64,000 nt of DNA from Eledone cirrhosa (GCA_964016885.1 OZ024755.1:8804001-8868000), one strand, 5' to 3'; positions 13,443-27,718 are shown, numbered from the stretch's first letter. Notes: generated by a model from the letters alone, not told the origin. Translations and numbers: made by a program.

Positions 13443-14944
13443 CGTATATATATATGTACGTACGTACGTATGTATGTGTGTGTGTGTGGATATGTCTCTC
13501 TCTCTGTGTTTGGTGTGTGTGTACGTACGTATTTATTTCTGTATATAGCAGATTTTTCCTCTTAAAGTGTATGATAGTAATACTTAATATGTTATCCACA
13601 TAATGGAATCACATAGCCTAATGTATCAGCGAGTCTAAAAATATTTGCCCATGTCATTTAATGCATCGTTATCATATATTCCTACAGTTTTTTAAAAGCG
13701 AATTTTTAGTTTAATTTCCTACAATATATGTGCTTCATTTTGATGTTTTTATTCCGATTCTTTACGTTTTGAGTTCAAATTACACCCAGGCGACCTTAAC
13801 ATTCCAAACTTCCAGGATCGATAAAATATAGTACTAATCAAGTATTGGAATCTATATAATCATATTTTGCAGCCCACGCCTTCAAATTGATGGTCATGTG
13901 CGTAAATTAGATACTATGATGCCTTCCCATTGATATAGTCTTTTCTTTTTATATTACCATAGATTTAGGGTCAATCTTGGTTCAGTATATCTTACAGTAC
14001 ATTCTTTCAGTTGCCTTTGGTTCGTTTTTGATAAAACAATAAAGTAATTGAAGTTCGATATATCGAATCTTTTAGGCTCCCATATATTAATTACATATTG
14101 TAATTTTTTTCGTAGGTAATTTTCCCCATCCTTGTCATATGAGACTTCAATTGGTAAAACACTTAATGTATATTTTCGTTTAACTGACCTTTCGCTAAGT
14201 TCAAGATAAAATGGCTGTTTGAATGATTACTTTTTGGTATTATTTGATCTTTCAATAACGTTATGGATTTACCATTAACCGTGTAGAAAACAAGCTTTCG
14301 GCAGCTCTAATGCTTTTATTCAACGTTCTAATGCTTTTATGTTCTGTTCTTGTACTAAGATGAAATATATTTCGTCTATTCTCACCGCTTGTCTTCTAGT
14401 TTACATCAGAACTGGCTGGAACTCTAGGTTGTTTTGTGCTGTTATTGATTATTTCCAATAATGCATTTAGCTTGTACCTTAGTGATGATCTAAAGACATT
14501 TTGATCTCGTTTTTTTTTCAAAGACATTTGGTGTTATTCAATTATTATGAAGTTATATCCTTCTAAGAATGAAGTGCTATGTAATGATTGTACATCCATA
14601 ACTTAATCTCCTTAATAGTTTCGAGCCATCATTCAACTTGTGAAATGTTGTGTTATACCATAGAATATATCAATGGACTTTTAGACAACAGTCTATATAG
14701 TGAAATATGTAAATACCTTCTCTGAAAATACATTATATTTGTGGACAGAAGACGAAATATCCACCGTACTAGATTCAATCCAATGATCAGCTTTGATCGT
14801 AGACTGAGAATATACTTTAAATGACAACAGAAACATTGCTTTTATAACCATTATAACGAAAGATGTAAGTAAATAGGTAAATAAAGATGATATTTACCGA
14901 TGAAATCGCAACACGTGATTGAAACTTGTCCGGCTTATCACCCT

Positions 14945-15250
14945 GTTTCTTTACATCAAGATGTTGCATAACAGACTCATTAACTGCTTAATGAACACAA
15001 CCACAAGGAAATGGTCCGAACGTGGAAGAGCCGAACTCTCACTGTCATTGCCTTCATCTTTCTCGCCCTCCTCATCTCTCCGTATGGTGAGCAAATGAGG
15101 TCCCACGTGCTGGCCTCCCCACAACTCTGGCGGACAGAATGGATAAGGCGTTTCCCCGTAGGATGGTAAGGGAGATGCGCTGGAAGAGCCATTCCAACTC
15201 GTGAGGCTCACACCTGCGGCTGGCCAGCTCAGCGCCTATGGTTTAATTGT
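14945..15250 (-). mobile_element. 5'-truncated CRE-clade (restriction-like endonuclease) non-LTR retrotransposon 3' end
   Basis: Minus frame 15239..15072 reads IGAELASRRCEPHELEWLFQRISLTILRGNALSILSA...HHTER*, matching the CRE C-terminal motif FQRxSxxxxRGNAxxI. Locally GC-rich island. Confidence 0.75.
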
Positions 15251-15631
15251 GGTTTAATTGTGGTTAGAGTATTCTACTTACAATCGTGATAGATTTAATG
15301 CATCATCTGATTTAACAACTCCACCTGTCTCCAGTGGAGCTCACCTTGTTGCAAAGCTTTCTCAAAGGGCCTTTAGTCTAAGGATTGTTTTCCCACCCCA
15401 CAAGTCTCAGAGGCCCAGAAAAGTGTCAGGGACACTGCCATTCCTTCCCTGAATAAACAGTGAAAAGGTAAAAAGCTCTGATCTAAATTCTTTGACATCC
15501 TCTTTTGTTTCTATATTGGAAAAGATGTTGTTGACTCTAAACTGAACAATGCATCCTCGCCATAGATATAGTTTCATTACCGCTTCCTGAGTTCAGCTGG
15601 AGCATTATCAAAATACCGCACACAGAAAACA

Positions 15632-15670
<39 letters not shown>

Positions 15671-16234
15671 TATATATATATATGTGCGAATGTGTGTGTA
15701 GAAAGAGAGACGGTGGGAGGGAGAGAAAGAAAGACACATATTTATGTGCCTGATGACTTCTAAGTTAAAAAATAAAACGATATAAAACCAAATGTCTGTC
15801 GAGTACTTATTGCTCTGATACTGGGGAACATAAAGTCATCTAGCTACGTACTAAAAGTGACTTAGTCCAGTATCTTACCATTTCTGTCATTTCAATATTC
15901 TAAAGCAAGAGATACTGAAGTGTGAAAAGGTGAATAGTTAATGGCATATGATCTCAAATCTGCAATATTCTGATAGTTGATTTATCGATATCACTTCTTG
16001 ATCACAAGTTGATATCGGGGAAAAAAAGTGACTGGATACTGACTAAATCAATATGATACGCCTGCTCATCGGATTAAAGTTGAAAGCCACTGTATAGATA
16101 TTACTAAACAGCATCTATCGATTGTAAAACTGAACTGGCTGTCAGTTGAATCCATTATCAAGATCACCTGGCAAAGAGGTGCATTTGCAGTTGATTTTGT
16201 TCATGGCTATTGTTGTTGCTGCTTCTGTGTTTGC

Positions 16235-16265
<31 letters not shown>

Positions 16266-16905
16266 GGTAGTGGTGGTGGTGGTGGTGATGCTGGTGATGA
16301 TGATAGTGGTGGTGGCGGTGGTAGTGATGGTGGTGATGGTGGTGGTAGTGGTGGTGGGGTAGTGATGGTAGTGGTGGCAATGGTGATATTACTGCTTCTG
16401 TGCTCGCTATTGTTGTTAGGTCTCTCTTGTGGACACAGTATGGCTGAGGTGTTAAGAAGTTAGTTTCGCAAATATGAAGTACAATCCAATTGTATGGCAT
16501 CATTGGCAAAGATTAGGGTCTGAGGGATATAGAGGAGATGTAAGGATGTATTATCTCCGAAATGATTTGTTCAGGTATGAAACCCATGGTAGCCGACTTA
16601 ATACTGTCTTATATCGAACACTTCATATCGATGTTTATAATTTTACCCTTATGCTATTTTGCTTATATTTGCTCAGTTGGATAACTTGTGGATCAATTAA
16701 TTCACTGGTTTGATACCTCCCTTTATTGGATAGCTGGCCGGGACTGGCTGGCCGGGAGGGGCTGGATCACTTTGGAGGAGGGTCTTGTTAGCTGGGTGAA
16801 TGGATTGCTGGATGGAAAGCTGGATGATAAACTGGCAGACTGACAGACAGACTGAATGGGTAGTTAGCTGTGTAGCGTTTAGGACTAGCAGACAGGTTTG
16901 TAGAA

Positions 16906-17180
16906 TGGATGTATGGCTGATTGACTCCATGGAGGAGTCTGTGGCTTGTTGGATGGCTGGTTGGCCGGTTTCGTGGATGGTACTCTAGGTGGCTAGATGG
17001 TTGTATGACTGGTTGACTACATGGAACAGTGTGTGGCTTCTTTGGTGGCTGGTTGGCGGGCTGCTAATGGTACTCTAGGTGACTGGGTGGATGTATGACT
17101 GGTTGACTACATGGAAGAGTGTCTGGCTTTTTTGATGGTTTGGTGTTTGCATGGATAGTACTCTAGTTGGCTGGATGGAG
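16906..17180. repeat. Three copies of a ~90-bp tandem unit inside a (TGGC/TGGA)-rich tract (16710-17520)
   Basis: Recurring TGTATGACTGGTTGACTACATGGA...GTACTCTAG. Confidence 0.8.
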
Positions 17181-17704
17181 GGTAGAATGGGTGGACGTTA
17201 GATTAGCTGGCCAGATGGGTTCAGCTGAGTGATTAGAATAGTAGATGGTTTGCGTTGTTCGGCTGGCAGTCCATCTGATTGGTTGTTTGGATAGCTGTTT
17301 CGCTTGATTGACTCCCTGACCGTGTGAATGGTTAGGTAAGATAGTTCACATTATTGGTTGGTTGGCTGGGAAGGTTGGGTAGATATTTTGCCTGGTTGGC
17401 TGGCTGGCGGACTAATTGTTTGGGGAGATGGCTTGCATTATTGGTTTTCTGGTTGACCTAATGGTTTATAGTTTGCCTGACTGGTAATTTGGTTGATTAG
17501 CTGCTGGAGCGGAGTTCGATGCCATGGTTATTTGGTCATTGTTGCTTTTTATTTTTTTTACTATATTTAGTTGTTTTTTATTATTCGTTTGTAGAATATC
17601 ACCTTAATGTATCTCCACCCTCTACAATCCCGGGTTTATTGGACAGTAAAATAATCAAATATCATCTCATCTCTCTCTCCCTCTCTCTCTCCTTCTCTCG
17701 CTCG

Positions 17705-17749
<45 letters not shown>

Positions 17750-17828
17750 GCTTACATTGATTCTCAGTTTCCATCTCTATATATAAATGTGCGTGTGTGT
17801 GAGTCGGTGTGTGTTCAAATATATAAAC

Positions 17829-17937
<109 letters not shown>

Positions 17938-18298
17938 ATATTAATATACACACATATATAGACATATATACATATCTCTCTCTCTCTCTCGCTCTCGGTC
18001 TCTTATGTTCTCGTATACACATTTATACCCTCTTTCTGTCTATGTCTATACTGTTATTTCCAACCACCCTTCTCTCTCTCTCTTACTCTCTCAAACTCGT
18101 TCGCATCATTTCGCTGCTTCTCATTCTTCTTCTTTCTCTGTCACTCTTTCTCTTTTCCTCTCTCTCTCTCTCTCTCTCACCTTCTCTCCCTTACACACAC
18201 ACTCTTCATTACCACCTTCCTCTCTCTTTCCACCACCTTCTTTTTCTCTGCTTCTATTTCTTACAATCTGTCTCCCACAATTTCTTTTCTATAACTAT

Positions 18299-18441
<143 letters not shown>

Positions 18442-18589
18442 CTATCTCTCTTCTCCATCTCCACCATTCTCACCCTTACTCTCTACGTCTCTCTATTACT
18501 CTTGGGTTTATTTACATCTATTCAGGGCATCAATTTAAAATTCAATGTTTATTTCTTAATGCTGCACCTCCTCACACTCTTTCAGCCAA

Positions 18590-19815
18590 ACAACAACAAC
18601 AACAACAACAACAACAGCAATAACAGTGTATCTACCACTACGACCACTACCACTACCATTACAACCACGCCGCCATTATCCTCACAGCACTGCCGCTTCT
18701 ATAATTAACAGAACTTTCACCATCTTAAACAACTACGACTACAAAAGCCACCAACATCATCAACACTAACATGATCATCATCATCAACTTCTCCACAAGT
18801 ATCAACATTACCTCAACAACAACAACAGCAACAACAACATTTAACACTACCAGTTCCAACACCACCCTCATCCCAACTATCACCACCGCAATACCATTGC
18901 CACTACATCGCAACCATCACAACTAGAATCACTACCATCACCAGACACCAATTCTACCAGCGTCAACAGTATTTCTACCACTAGAACCACTACCATCACC
19001 TTCCTTACTACCACTAGTACCACCACCATTGCTACCACCGTAACACCACCACCATCATCATCCCTACTACCCCTCCAACACACTCTCTTCACAATCACAA
19101 GCATTAATACCGCCACTACACCATCACACGTATCAACACCACCACTAAACCGTCACACATATCACCAACACCACCACCATAACACCACTGCTATACCACC
19201 ACCATAACACCACTGCTATACAACCGCAAGTATTAACACCACCACTATACCACCACAGGTAACAACACCACCACTATACCACCACAGGTAACAACGCCGC
19301 CACTATACCCCACCTTTCACCACCAATACCATACCACGGGCAATGCTGTTATCATTAACATCATCATCATCACTATGATAACAATACTAACCACGACACC
19401 AACAAAACCAACACCAATACCATCACCTCCACAAACACTTTCACCAGCTTCACTATCACCATCATCAACATCATCACAACCATCATCTACCTTATCACTA
19501 TCATCTTCAACATCATCACCATCATCAACACCATCACTATCATCAACTCCATCATCACCATCATCAACACCATCAGTATCATTATCAACATCATCACCAT
19601 CATCAACACCATCATCACCATCATCAACACCATCATCATCATCATCAACACCATCAGTATCATTATCAACACCATCACCATCATCAACTCCATCATCATC
19701 ATCATCATCATCATTATCACCATCATCCACACGATCTTCACCATCATCCACACCATCATCACTACCATCACCATCATCATCAACATTATCACCATCATCC
19801 ACAAGATCTTCACCA
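18590..19815. repeat. (CAA/CAC/CAT)n-derived low-complexity minisatellite
   Basis: Recurring CCATCATCAACACCATCATCA and ACACCACTGCTATACC units. Confidence 0.9.
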
Positions 19816-19943
19816 GCGCCATCTTTTTATTCTTTCGTTCTGTTTCCCCCAGGGACACTCGCGTCATCCATATTGGTTCTTTCATTTAATTACTTACAAC
19901 TTTCACTCCCCCTCCACCTTCCCTCCACCTCTCTCTCTCTCTC

Positions 19944-19976
<33 letters not shown>

Positions 19977-19977
<1 letters not shown>

Positions 19978-20249
19978 GACTATCCGGGAGCTTCCAACAG
20001 TAATGGTTGCATTCTTTAAGGGTATGTCAATATTTATTTATAAAACTGTTCTATATTATATTTTATCTGATGAAAGCACACCATAATTTAACTTGGTGTC
20101 CTTGAAATATGTATAATGAAATAAATATGGTTTTATAAATATAGTTTCCATTTGTTAATATCGTATATTTACTCCAATTTTTGTTGAGTGCTTTATATCA
20201 GTTATAAAAATATTTGCTTGTTGCATCCCAACAATTTAAATAGAACTTT

Positions 20250-20250
<1 letters not shown>
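19977..20250 (+). mobile_element. ~275-bp non-coding insert in (TA)n carrying a hammerhead
   Basis: Unique sequence bounded by TA tracts; contains the HHR at 20059-20123. Confidence 0.6.
20059..20123 (+). ncRNA. Type I hammerhead ribozyme, intact core
   Basis: Stem I UAUUUUAU/AUGAAAUA; CUGAUGA 20067-20073; stem II AAG-C-ACACCA(10 nt)UGGUGU-C-CUU; GAAA 20104-20107; short stem III AUA(UG)UAU; predicted cleavage after AUA at 20115. Confidence 0.82.
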
Positions 20251-20297
<47 letters not shown>

Positions 20298-20307
20298 CAT
20301 ATTTATA

Positions 20308-20344
<37 letters not shown>

Positions 20345-20359
20345 ACATATATATATATT

Positions 20360-20416
<57 letters not shown>

Positions 20417-20486
20417 GTATATATGTCTTTCTCTCATTCTCATTGTCTTTTTTCTCAAACTCTTCCACACTGTCTTTCTCTATTCC

Positions 20487-20526
<40 letters not shown>

Positions 20527-21089
20527 TTGCCTCTATCTCATATGCTGTTTCTTTCAAGCTATCTCACTCTCTCTTTCTTTCCCTCTCTTTGCCACTATCT
20601 CTTCCTACTGTTTCAGACTATTTCTCTCACTTTCTTCCTCTCTCTCTCTCTCTCTCTCCCCATCTCTGTCCTTTTCTCTAACCCTATCTCTGTCTCTCTC
20701 TCTATATATATATATATTTATCTATCTATCTATATCTCCCTCTCTCTCTCTCCCGCTCTGTCTCTCCCTTTCTCTTAGTTCACTGTCACGCTGTTTCAGT
20801 CCGTCTCCCTCTCTCTCTCTCTCTCTCCCTCTCTCTCTCTCTACCTGTTTCTCTCTCTTTGCCTCAAGCTCACATAGTCTCAGACTCTCCCCCCCCCCCT
20901 CTCACTATATCCCATCTCCCTCACTCCTTTCACTATCTCCCCTGTGGCCTCTCTCTATTCCTCTATCTATCCAACTCTCAGTTGTATATCGCTCTACAGG
21001 CTGTCAATCGCCATTTTATATCAATTCCCTAGTGGTATATCTTAACCAAATACTTCCACCTCTTCTCTACATCATCCTTCGCTGCCAGA

Positions 21090-21600
21090 CACATACCTAT
21101 ACATATACACATATACACACACGCATACATATACACATATACGCACATACACAAACACATATATATATATATACACATACACGTATATAGACACATACAC
21201 ACATATACACATATACACACACATACATATATATACACATATACACATACACACACGCATACATATACACATATACGCACATACAGAAACACACATATAT
21301 ATATATATACACATACACATATATAGACACATACACACATATACACATATACGCACATATATATACACATATGCACATATACGCACATACACAAACACAT
21401 ATATATATATATATATGTACACATACACATATATAGACACATACACACATATACACCATATACACATATACGCACATATATATATATACACATATGCACA
21501 TATACGCACATACACAAGCACATATATATATATACACATACACGTATATAGACAGATACATAGACACACGCATACACACATATACATACACATACAGCCA
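21090..21600. repeat. (CA/TA)-derived higher-order minisatellite
   Basis: Recurring ATACGCACATACAC...ATATAGACACATACACAC units. Confidence 0.85.
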
Positions 21601-22015
21601 AAGACATAAACGCAAATACACATGGATGCTCACATTCATATTACACTCATAAACTCATACTTAGACGTATACATATAAATATACATTGATACATACATAC
21701 ACACTCATACGCACACTAGATGCACATACTTACATAAATACATACATACATACACAGCAACATATATACGTACACACAGACATAGAGATAACAACACATA
21801 CATATAGACAGTTTCTGTTTTCCTCTCTTCATACAACTGTATACACCCCCACCCCCCCTCACCGCAAACACACACACAGACACCCGCCAACAATGAAGCA
21901 CACACACCCATACATATACATACACATGCACTGTCTCTCTCTCTTTCATCATCTGCACACAGCAATGCATCCCTTTAACCACAATATACATATACACACA
22001 CACACAAATACACAC

Positions 22016-22071
<56 letters not shown>

Positions 22072-22391
22072 GCCCTCACTGTCTCTCACTGTCTTTCACT
22101 TTCTGTGTCTCTGTGTTTCCCCATCTCCACACGCCATTAACCCCCACCACCAAACAGAGACGCCCCCTACAGTCTCTTTCTACCAATTTATTCAAGGTAA
22201 AATTTAGATTAACTTCTCATACTCTCCTTCTTCTTCAGCCGCCATTTTCTTCATTATTTTTACGTTTTTTAAGCGTTCTTTATTTTCAGTTGTATTTTTT
22301 TTCTCTTCTTCCAAAATTATTTCATAAATCCACCATTTTTATCCTTCCAGTATCTATCCAATATCTATCTATCTATCTATTTCTCTATATA

Positions 22392-22448
<57 letters not shown>

Positions 22449-22517
22449 AACCAACACATACTCAAAATAAATAGATCGATATATATATATGTATATATGT
22501 ATATATGATATATGTTG

Positions 22518-22557
<40 letters not shown>

Positions 22558-22712
22558 CTACATATATACATATATATATATCGATCTATTTATTTATCGA
22601 TCAATCTTTCTATCTACTCATATACCTGTCCTCTCTTTCTGTTTGTCACCCATCTATCTATCTTTCTCTGTTTCTCTCCCTCTTTGTCTCACTCTCTTTC
22701 TCTGTCTCTCTT

Positions 22713-22745
<33 letters not shown>

Positions 22746-23252
22746 GTGTGTGTGTGTGCATGTATGTGTGTGTGGTGTGTGTGTGGTGTATCACTCGACG
22801 TAACTACCTAAAATACCAGCCTAATTATTCTCTTCGTCTATTGATCTAATTATGTATCTATATACCTATCGACTTGTCTATTAACCAATCTAAATATCTA
22901 TCATGCTATTTCTCTCTGACTCTCACACCCTCTCTCTCCCTCTCTCTCGCTCCCTCGCTCTCTCTACCCCCGTCTCTCGTATACATACACAAACATACAT
23001 ACATACATACATACATACCTACATACCTACATACATACATACATACATACATACATACATACATACCTACATACCTACATACATATATGTGTACGTTTAT
23101 TAAACCTTGTGGAAACCTCCCCTTATCATATCTGAACACCACCGACCAAAGAAGGAGAGAAACAGTAAAAAAAAGATAGAAATATATACTGGATTGTACA
23201 GTAATTCACGGTGCCACGTTGTCACATTGAAAACCCCTGAGAATTCCGTTAA

Positions 23253-23322
<70 letters not shown>

Positions 23323-23327
23323 GTTTT

Positions 23328-23375
23328 AAGCGCCGAAACATCTATGATCTGCGGTTTACAGCTGATGAAGGGCTT
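23328..23375 (+). ncRNA. Decayed type II (permuted) hammerhead candidate
   Basis: AAGC(G)CC-GAAA-CAU(CU)AUG-AU-CUG(CGGUUUA)CAG-CUGAUGA-A-GGGCUU; U16.1 is replaced by A. Lies in a TA-flanked insert at 23319-23447. Confidence 0.4.
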
Positions 23376-23574
23376 CTTCTCTTGTTTCGTCCATATTACT
23401 ATCTTAAACTTTGTTTACAGTAACCACACAGCTCGCCTCGTTTCTTGTATATATATATAAATATATATATATATATTGTGAGAGACAGAGACATATATAT
23501 ATATACATATATATACATGTATATATAAATATGAAATATCTCTCTCATATAATTTTGTAATATATATATATATA

Positions 23575-23715
23575 AGTCCAAGGTTAACGACGTATGTTGA
23601 TGCCCTAAGGACAGACACTGGTCTGTTGGAGACGCAGGACATGGCAGCGATAATAAGGGACAGAGACCGCTGGAGAGAAGTCGTCCATGGATCTCGGGAA
23701 TTTTACCCGCCTTAG
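23575..23715 (+). mobile_element. 5'-truncated RTE-clade LINE 3' end in (TA)n
   Basis: Open frame SPRLTTYVDALRTDTGLLETQDMAAIIRDRDRWREVVHGSREFYPP* matches the RTE C-terminal pattern TYxDxLxxDTG...DRxxWR. Confidence 0.8.
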
Positions 23716-24977
23716 ATATATATATATATATATGTCCTCATTACACTCTCTTCACCCATAACATTTTATCATTTTATCATACTTCATCATTTTTCCATTA
23801 CATTATTGTACTTTCTAATTACTCTTTCTTCTCATTCCTTCTTTACTTCTTCTGCTTTTCCTTTTCCTCCTTCTTCCTTAAACATTCTCTCCTACTGTCA
23901 TTTTTTCATTTTTTTTTCTGTTTTTCTTCATATTTTATTGCTTTCTTCCTTGTAGTTTCTCATTCGTTTATTTGAATTTTTCCTCCTTTTTCCTTCGCTT
24001 TTTGTTTTCAACTTTCTTGTTCCCCCTTTTTCTATTTCCTTTTTATCTTTTTCATTCCATCGTTCTTCCCTGCTTCCTTTTTTTCCTTCTTCCTTGTCTT
24101 CTACATCCTTTTTTCCTCTCGTTCTATTTTCATTTCATGTTTTACATCCCTTGACCTCCTTCCACACTCTCCTCCTGCTCCTCTTCTTCTCCTTCCTTTC
24201 CTTCTCATCCTCTTCATCGTCACCCTCTTGTTCTTCCAATTCCTCAAACTTTTCCATTTCCTTCTCCCACTTTTCCTTCTCGTCTTCACTCTTCTCTTTA
24301 ACTTGATCGTTCCAGTACTCAACCTCACCTTTTTCGAATGACTATATGTTCATCGTCGACACCGACGGAGAATCTGCCATCTAACTATGATTCTAAATTT
24401 TCTCTAAGTATTTTCAGTATAGTTCTGTTTACGTTCTCTCCCTTATTCCGTCTCGTTATGTCACTGTCTGTCTCGATAATACTCTAAGAATTGGTTAAAT
24501 ACACGATCGAACTAATAACAAGTCAACTATTTAGTGATCTATCGATCTATTATATTATCTCTTTATCTATCGATCAACCCCTACATTTATCTCTCCATGT
24601 ATATATATATATCTTTATATATCCATTTAAATATTCTTTATAAGCACAAACACAAACGCACTCAAATACACAAATACACACAGAAACACAGAGACAAACA
24701 CACATCCATACGAACAGTCACAGACATACACTCACGCAACCACATACATTAATATATATATATATATAGAGAGAGAGAGAGGGGGAGACAGAGAGAGATG
24801 GATGGATAGATAGATAGATAAATAGAAGTGTATATGAGTATGTATGTGTATATATGTATATAGTATGGCTATCTTTAAGTTCATTATTGATAATTCATAC
24901 TTATATTCTCTTTATATTCTATGGCACTCTGGGTCCTCTACTCCTCTCTATGAAAGTATATATATGTGTATGTGTGA

Positions 24978-25018
<41 letters not shown>

Positions 25019-25047
25019 AATGTAGTTACATACAAACACACACAAAC

Positions 25048-25126
<79 letters not shown>

Positions 25127-25178
25127 AATGTAATTACATACTAACACACACACACGCGTACAAACACACACAAACACT

Positions 25179-25269
<91 letters not shown>

Positions 25270-26204
25270 GTACATATATTCGTACATGTACAAATATATA
25301 AGCTGTGTTGGTCAGAATATTTGCTGATCTTTCAAGCAGTTAATCTATATTTGTCTATCATATTTAAATGTTTATCCATCCATCTCTGTCTATCTTCTCG
25401 CTCTTACTTCCCCTCTCCTGATTTGTTTCACTACATAAATACAGATACAGACGCTCGTATAAAACCACACATACACACACACACACACACTTATAAATAA
25501 GATGCTGAATCAGCAGAATTGTTTGTTCATCTGATTATATGCCTTTATCTTAGTTCTATTCCTCTACGTTCTAAGTTTAAATTCCAGCAGTCATTTTTAT
25601 TTTTCATTCTTTCACCATTGATAAAAAAATAAATCAGATGACATGCTTTGCAGAATCTTTCCCAAATCTGAATATTTTGAGTTCAAATCCCGTATCCTGT
25701 CAACGAATAATTAATAAGGTTACTCTTTGACACTTAAAATGTGATCTCGGATATTTTCAAATATCAACTGAAATATGATGTTTTCTATTCTGTTATATCG
25801 AAATCAGCATATGACCGTTATTTATCTTATAAATCCCAGGATGAAATGAAAGATGATCCAAGCAGATTTGAACTCAAGAACCAAAAGAACTTCAATTTAG
25901 CACAGAAAAAGAATTGAGTCAGAAACTCTTTGATTATATTGCGCATTGGGCTGAAAGTAAAATTAAAATAATAATTTATAATAACAAATACATTCCAAGC
26001 GGTTTGACAGGAAAAAATTAGATTTCTGTGAAACAGAAAATGTAAGGGGGAGAGAAAATGTGAGAGTGGAGATGAGTTAGGAGGAGAGAAGTAGGAGCAG
26101 AAATAGAGGGGGGCAATGAGGTGGAGGTTGATATAATGAGATAAAAAGGGAGAGTGTCAGACAAAGACGGAGAGATATAGAGATAGACAGAGAGATAATT
26201 ATAC

Positions 26205-26242
<38 letters not shown>

Positions 26243-26958
26243 GGAGTCTGAGTGAGAAGAACTGAAAGAGTGGGGGTGAATGAGAGATAGATATAAAGAG
26301 GTGGATATTTTAACAGATAGATAGACAGATAGAGAGGGGGTGAGAAAAACAGTTATATAGAGAAATCGATAGACAGAGAAAGAAATACGTTACTACGATA
26401 CAGGGTATAGGGTATTGGGTGAGGGAGGTGTTGTTTGTGAGCTTCAGAGAAGATTCTTGTGTTAGGTAAAACGTAGAAATAAACACATAAAAAACAAAAA
26501 AAACAACACAACAAACAAACGAACAAAAAAACTAGAATGGTTTATAATAAAAGATCTCAGAAGAAAATATCCAATTTCTAAGAGAATGCGGTGCTATAAA
26601 CTGTGGCAATAGGCGAAGCAAAGGAGGGATATATTTGTCTGTTATGGCAGATTTATTTATCACAGCAGATGTAATCAATATTGACCAGACGACAGAGGCG
26701 ATAAATCTTCTGATTTCTTTCTTCTTGCAGGAGCTGCTCTTAGTGTAAACCTCCCTATAACTGTAACAATACAAAGAGAAAGGGGAGAAGGAGAAGGAGA
26801 TGAGGAATTGGAAGAGAGGTGTTGAACTAAAGCCAGGAATATAGAAGCTACATCAGATATGCATATATGAAAATATATATATTAGCAGAAATTCTGCTCG
26901 GCGGGCGGTTTTCTGATTCTGCGAGTATGTGTAATAACGAGTGTTTATTAATGTATAG

Positions 26959-27120
26959 TGAAGGCACGTGACTGTGTGGTTAGAGGCACGTGACTTTGTC
27001 GCAATCGTCAGGTTGCGAGTTCAATTCTCAGACCGGGTGATGCGTAGTGTCCTTGAGCAAGACACTTTATTTCCTTGGTCCGATTTGATGAGGTCCACCC
27101 CACTCGGCAAGCGAATGAGT
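26959..27120 (+). mobile_element. tRNA-derived SINE family B
   Basis: TGAAGGCACGTGACTGTGTGGTTAG...GAGTTCAATTCTC...GTGTCCTTGAGCAAGACACTTTATTTC (CORE/Meta-like central box). Confidence 0.8.
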
Positions 27121-27671
27121 TCTGGGATCTTGTCGATTGATCAGAGTGATTAATAGATGCAAATGTATGAAAAAGTAAAACTATATTTTTGATAGGCAAA
27201 TAATACACACATGCAACAACATAATTCATCATGAAGTTTATATAATTTAATACATTTATTTTCTACAAACTGATGACCCAAACTTAATTAAGTAACATTG
27301 AAATTTGAAACGTCTAGCAACCGCGATGAGATTCGAAACTGAACTCAAACAGTTTTATTTATTTTTGTTATTTTTTTTATTTTTGCCGACTCTCAGATGC
27401 AACACAGTCTTTATTCTGTGAACACACAGTGTAGCTAATCGCAACAACATATTTGACTTGCAGTTTATTTAAGGACGGTGTGTATATTTGACGAAATTGG
27501 TGTCGAAAATGTTGAAAAGATTATGGACTTACGAACATTGCTTTTCCAAATAATCTGATTAGAGAAAACGAGGTGTTATTAAAAATATTAAAACTCGAAA
27601 GAAATTGAGCAATTGTGTACATATACTGTAGTACACACACACAGACACACACACACACACACACACACACA

Positions 27672-27718
<47 letters not shown>

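Noticed and set aside
14000-14880. Possible decayed transposon or exon in unique AT-rich sequence
   Set aside because: No sustained open frame or motif recognised on either strand.
15011-15169. Host signal-peptide exon or secreted micropeptide
   Set aside because: Better explained as the antisense of a CRE LINE fragment; no partner exons seen.
16906-17180. CRISPR-like repeat array
   Set aside because: Eukaryotic context; whole units repeat with no unique spacers and no cas genes.
19317-20019. Asp-rich 161-aa (-) and Ser/Pro/Thr-rich 214-aa (+) ORFs resembling biomineral or mucin proteins
   Set aside because: Derived from a (CAT/CAC)n minisatellite open in several frames on both strands; no convincing splice context.
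26560-26775. Unique stretch with a strong acceptor-like TTTCTTTCTTCTTGCAG (~26729), possible exon or conserved element
   Set aside because: No matching donor or meaningful translation; conservation cannot be judged without alignments.
27268-27318. CUGAUGA...GAAACGUC
   Set aside because: No stem II or stem I pairing.
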